Source: Octopus bimaculoides (lineage: Eukaryota). Taken from it: DNA of 61,360 nucleotides. The notes beneath the pieces are model-generated. The model searched no databases. It was not told where the DNA came from and was given only the letters and a program-made list of their open reading frames with translations. Location of the stretch: positions 54,959,290 to 55,020,649 of the forward strand of contig NC_068991.1 of the NCBI RefSeq assembly GCF_001194135.2. The letters run 5' to 3'. The position numbers were made by a program, and so were the translations under genes. Positions 61,299-61,360 of the stretch are shown in pieces; within the stretch, counting starts at the first letter, position 1; each line of letters opens with the position of its first letter.

Positions 61299-61360
61299 TA
61301 TTATTAACATAAACTAGAAATTTGCTTATTTTTCCCAGAGGACAAAAAAAAAAAAAAAAA

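Overview
AT-rich, repeat-dense eukaryotic draft-assembly window with 10 N-gaps. It is almost certainly an octopus (inferred from the tRNA-derived SINE families, RTE LINEs and (CA)n/(TA)n tracts). Three intron-containing genes were reconstructed by hand with GT-AG sites and consistent reading-frame phase; the ORF track shows them poorly or not at all. (1) A minus-strand gene (exons 819-8431, running off the left edge) with a ~400-aa low-complexity N-terminus followed by a domain that aligns by eye with the fungal/plant TRF2/HOY1 PH-like domain. (2) A plus-strand, 89-aa, strongly diverged barrier-to-autointegration-factor (BAF)-like gene (22669-24510). (3) Minus-strand eIF4A3 (9 coding exons, 26631-42343; first coding exon not visible) with DESD instead of DEAD in motif II. 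The rest is transposon debris: RTE, Penelope, Hero-like and L1/Tx1-like retroelements, Tc1 copies, hAT, piggyBac and mariner MITEs, and at least three SINE families. It also contains fold-back MITEs with GG termini, 8-bp target-site duplications (TSDs) and a palindromic telomeric (TTAGGG)n/(CCCTAA)n core (Merlin-like). All family assignments come from recalled motifs; no database search was run.
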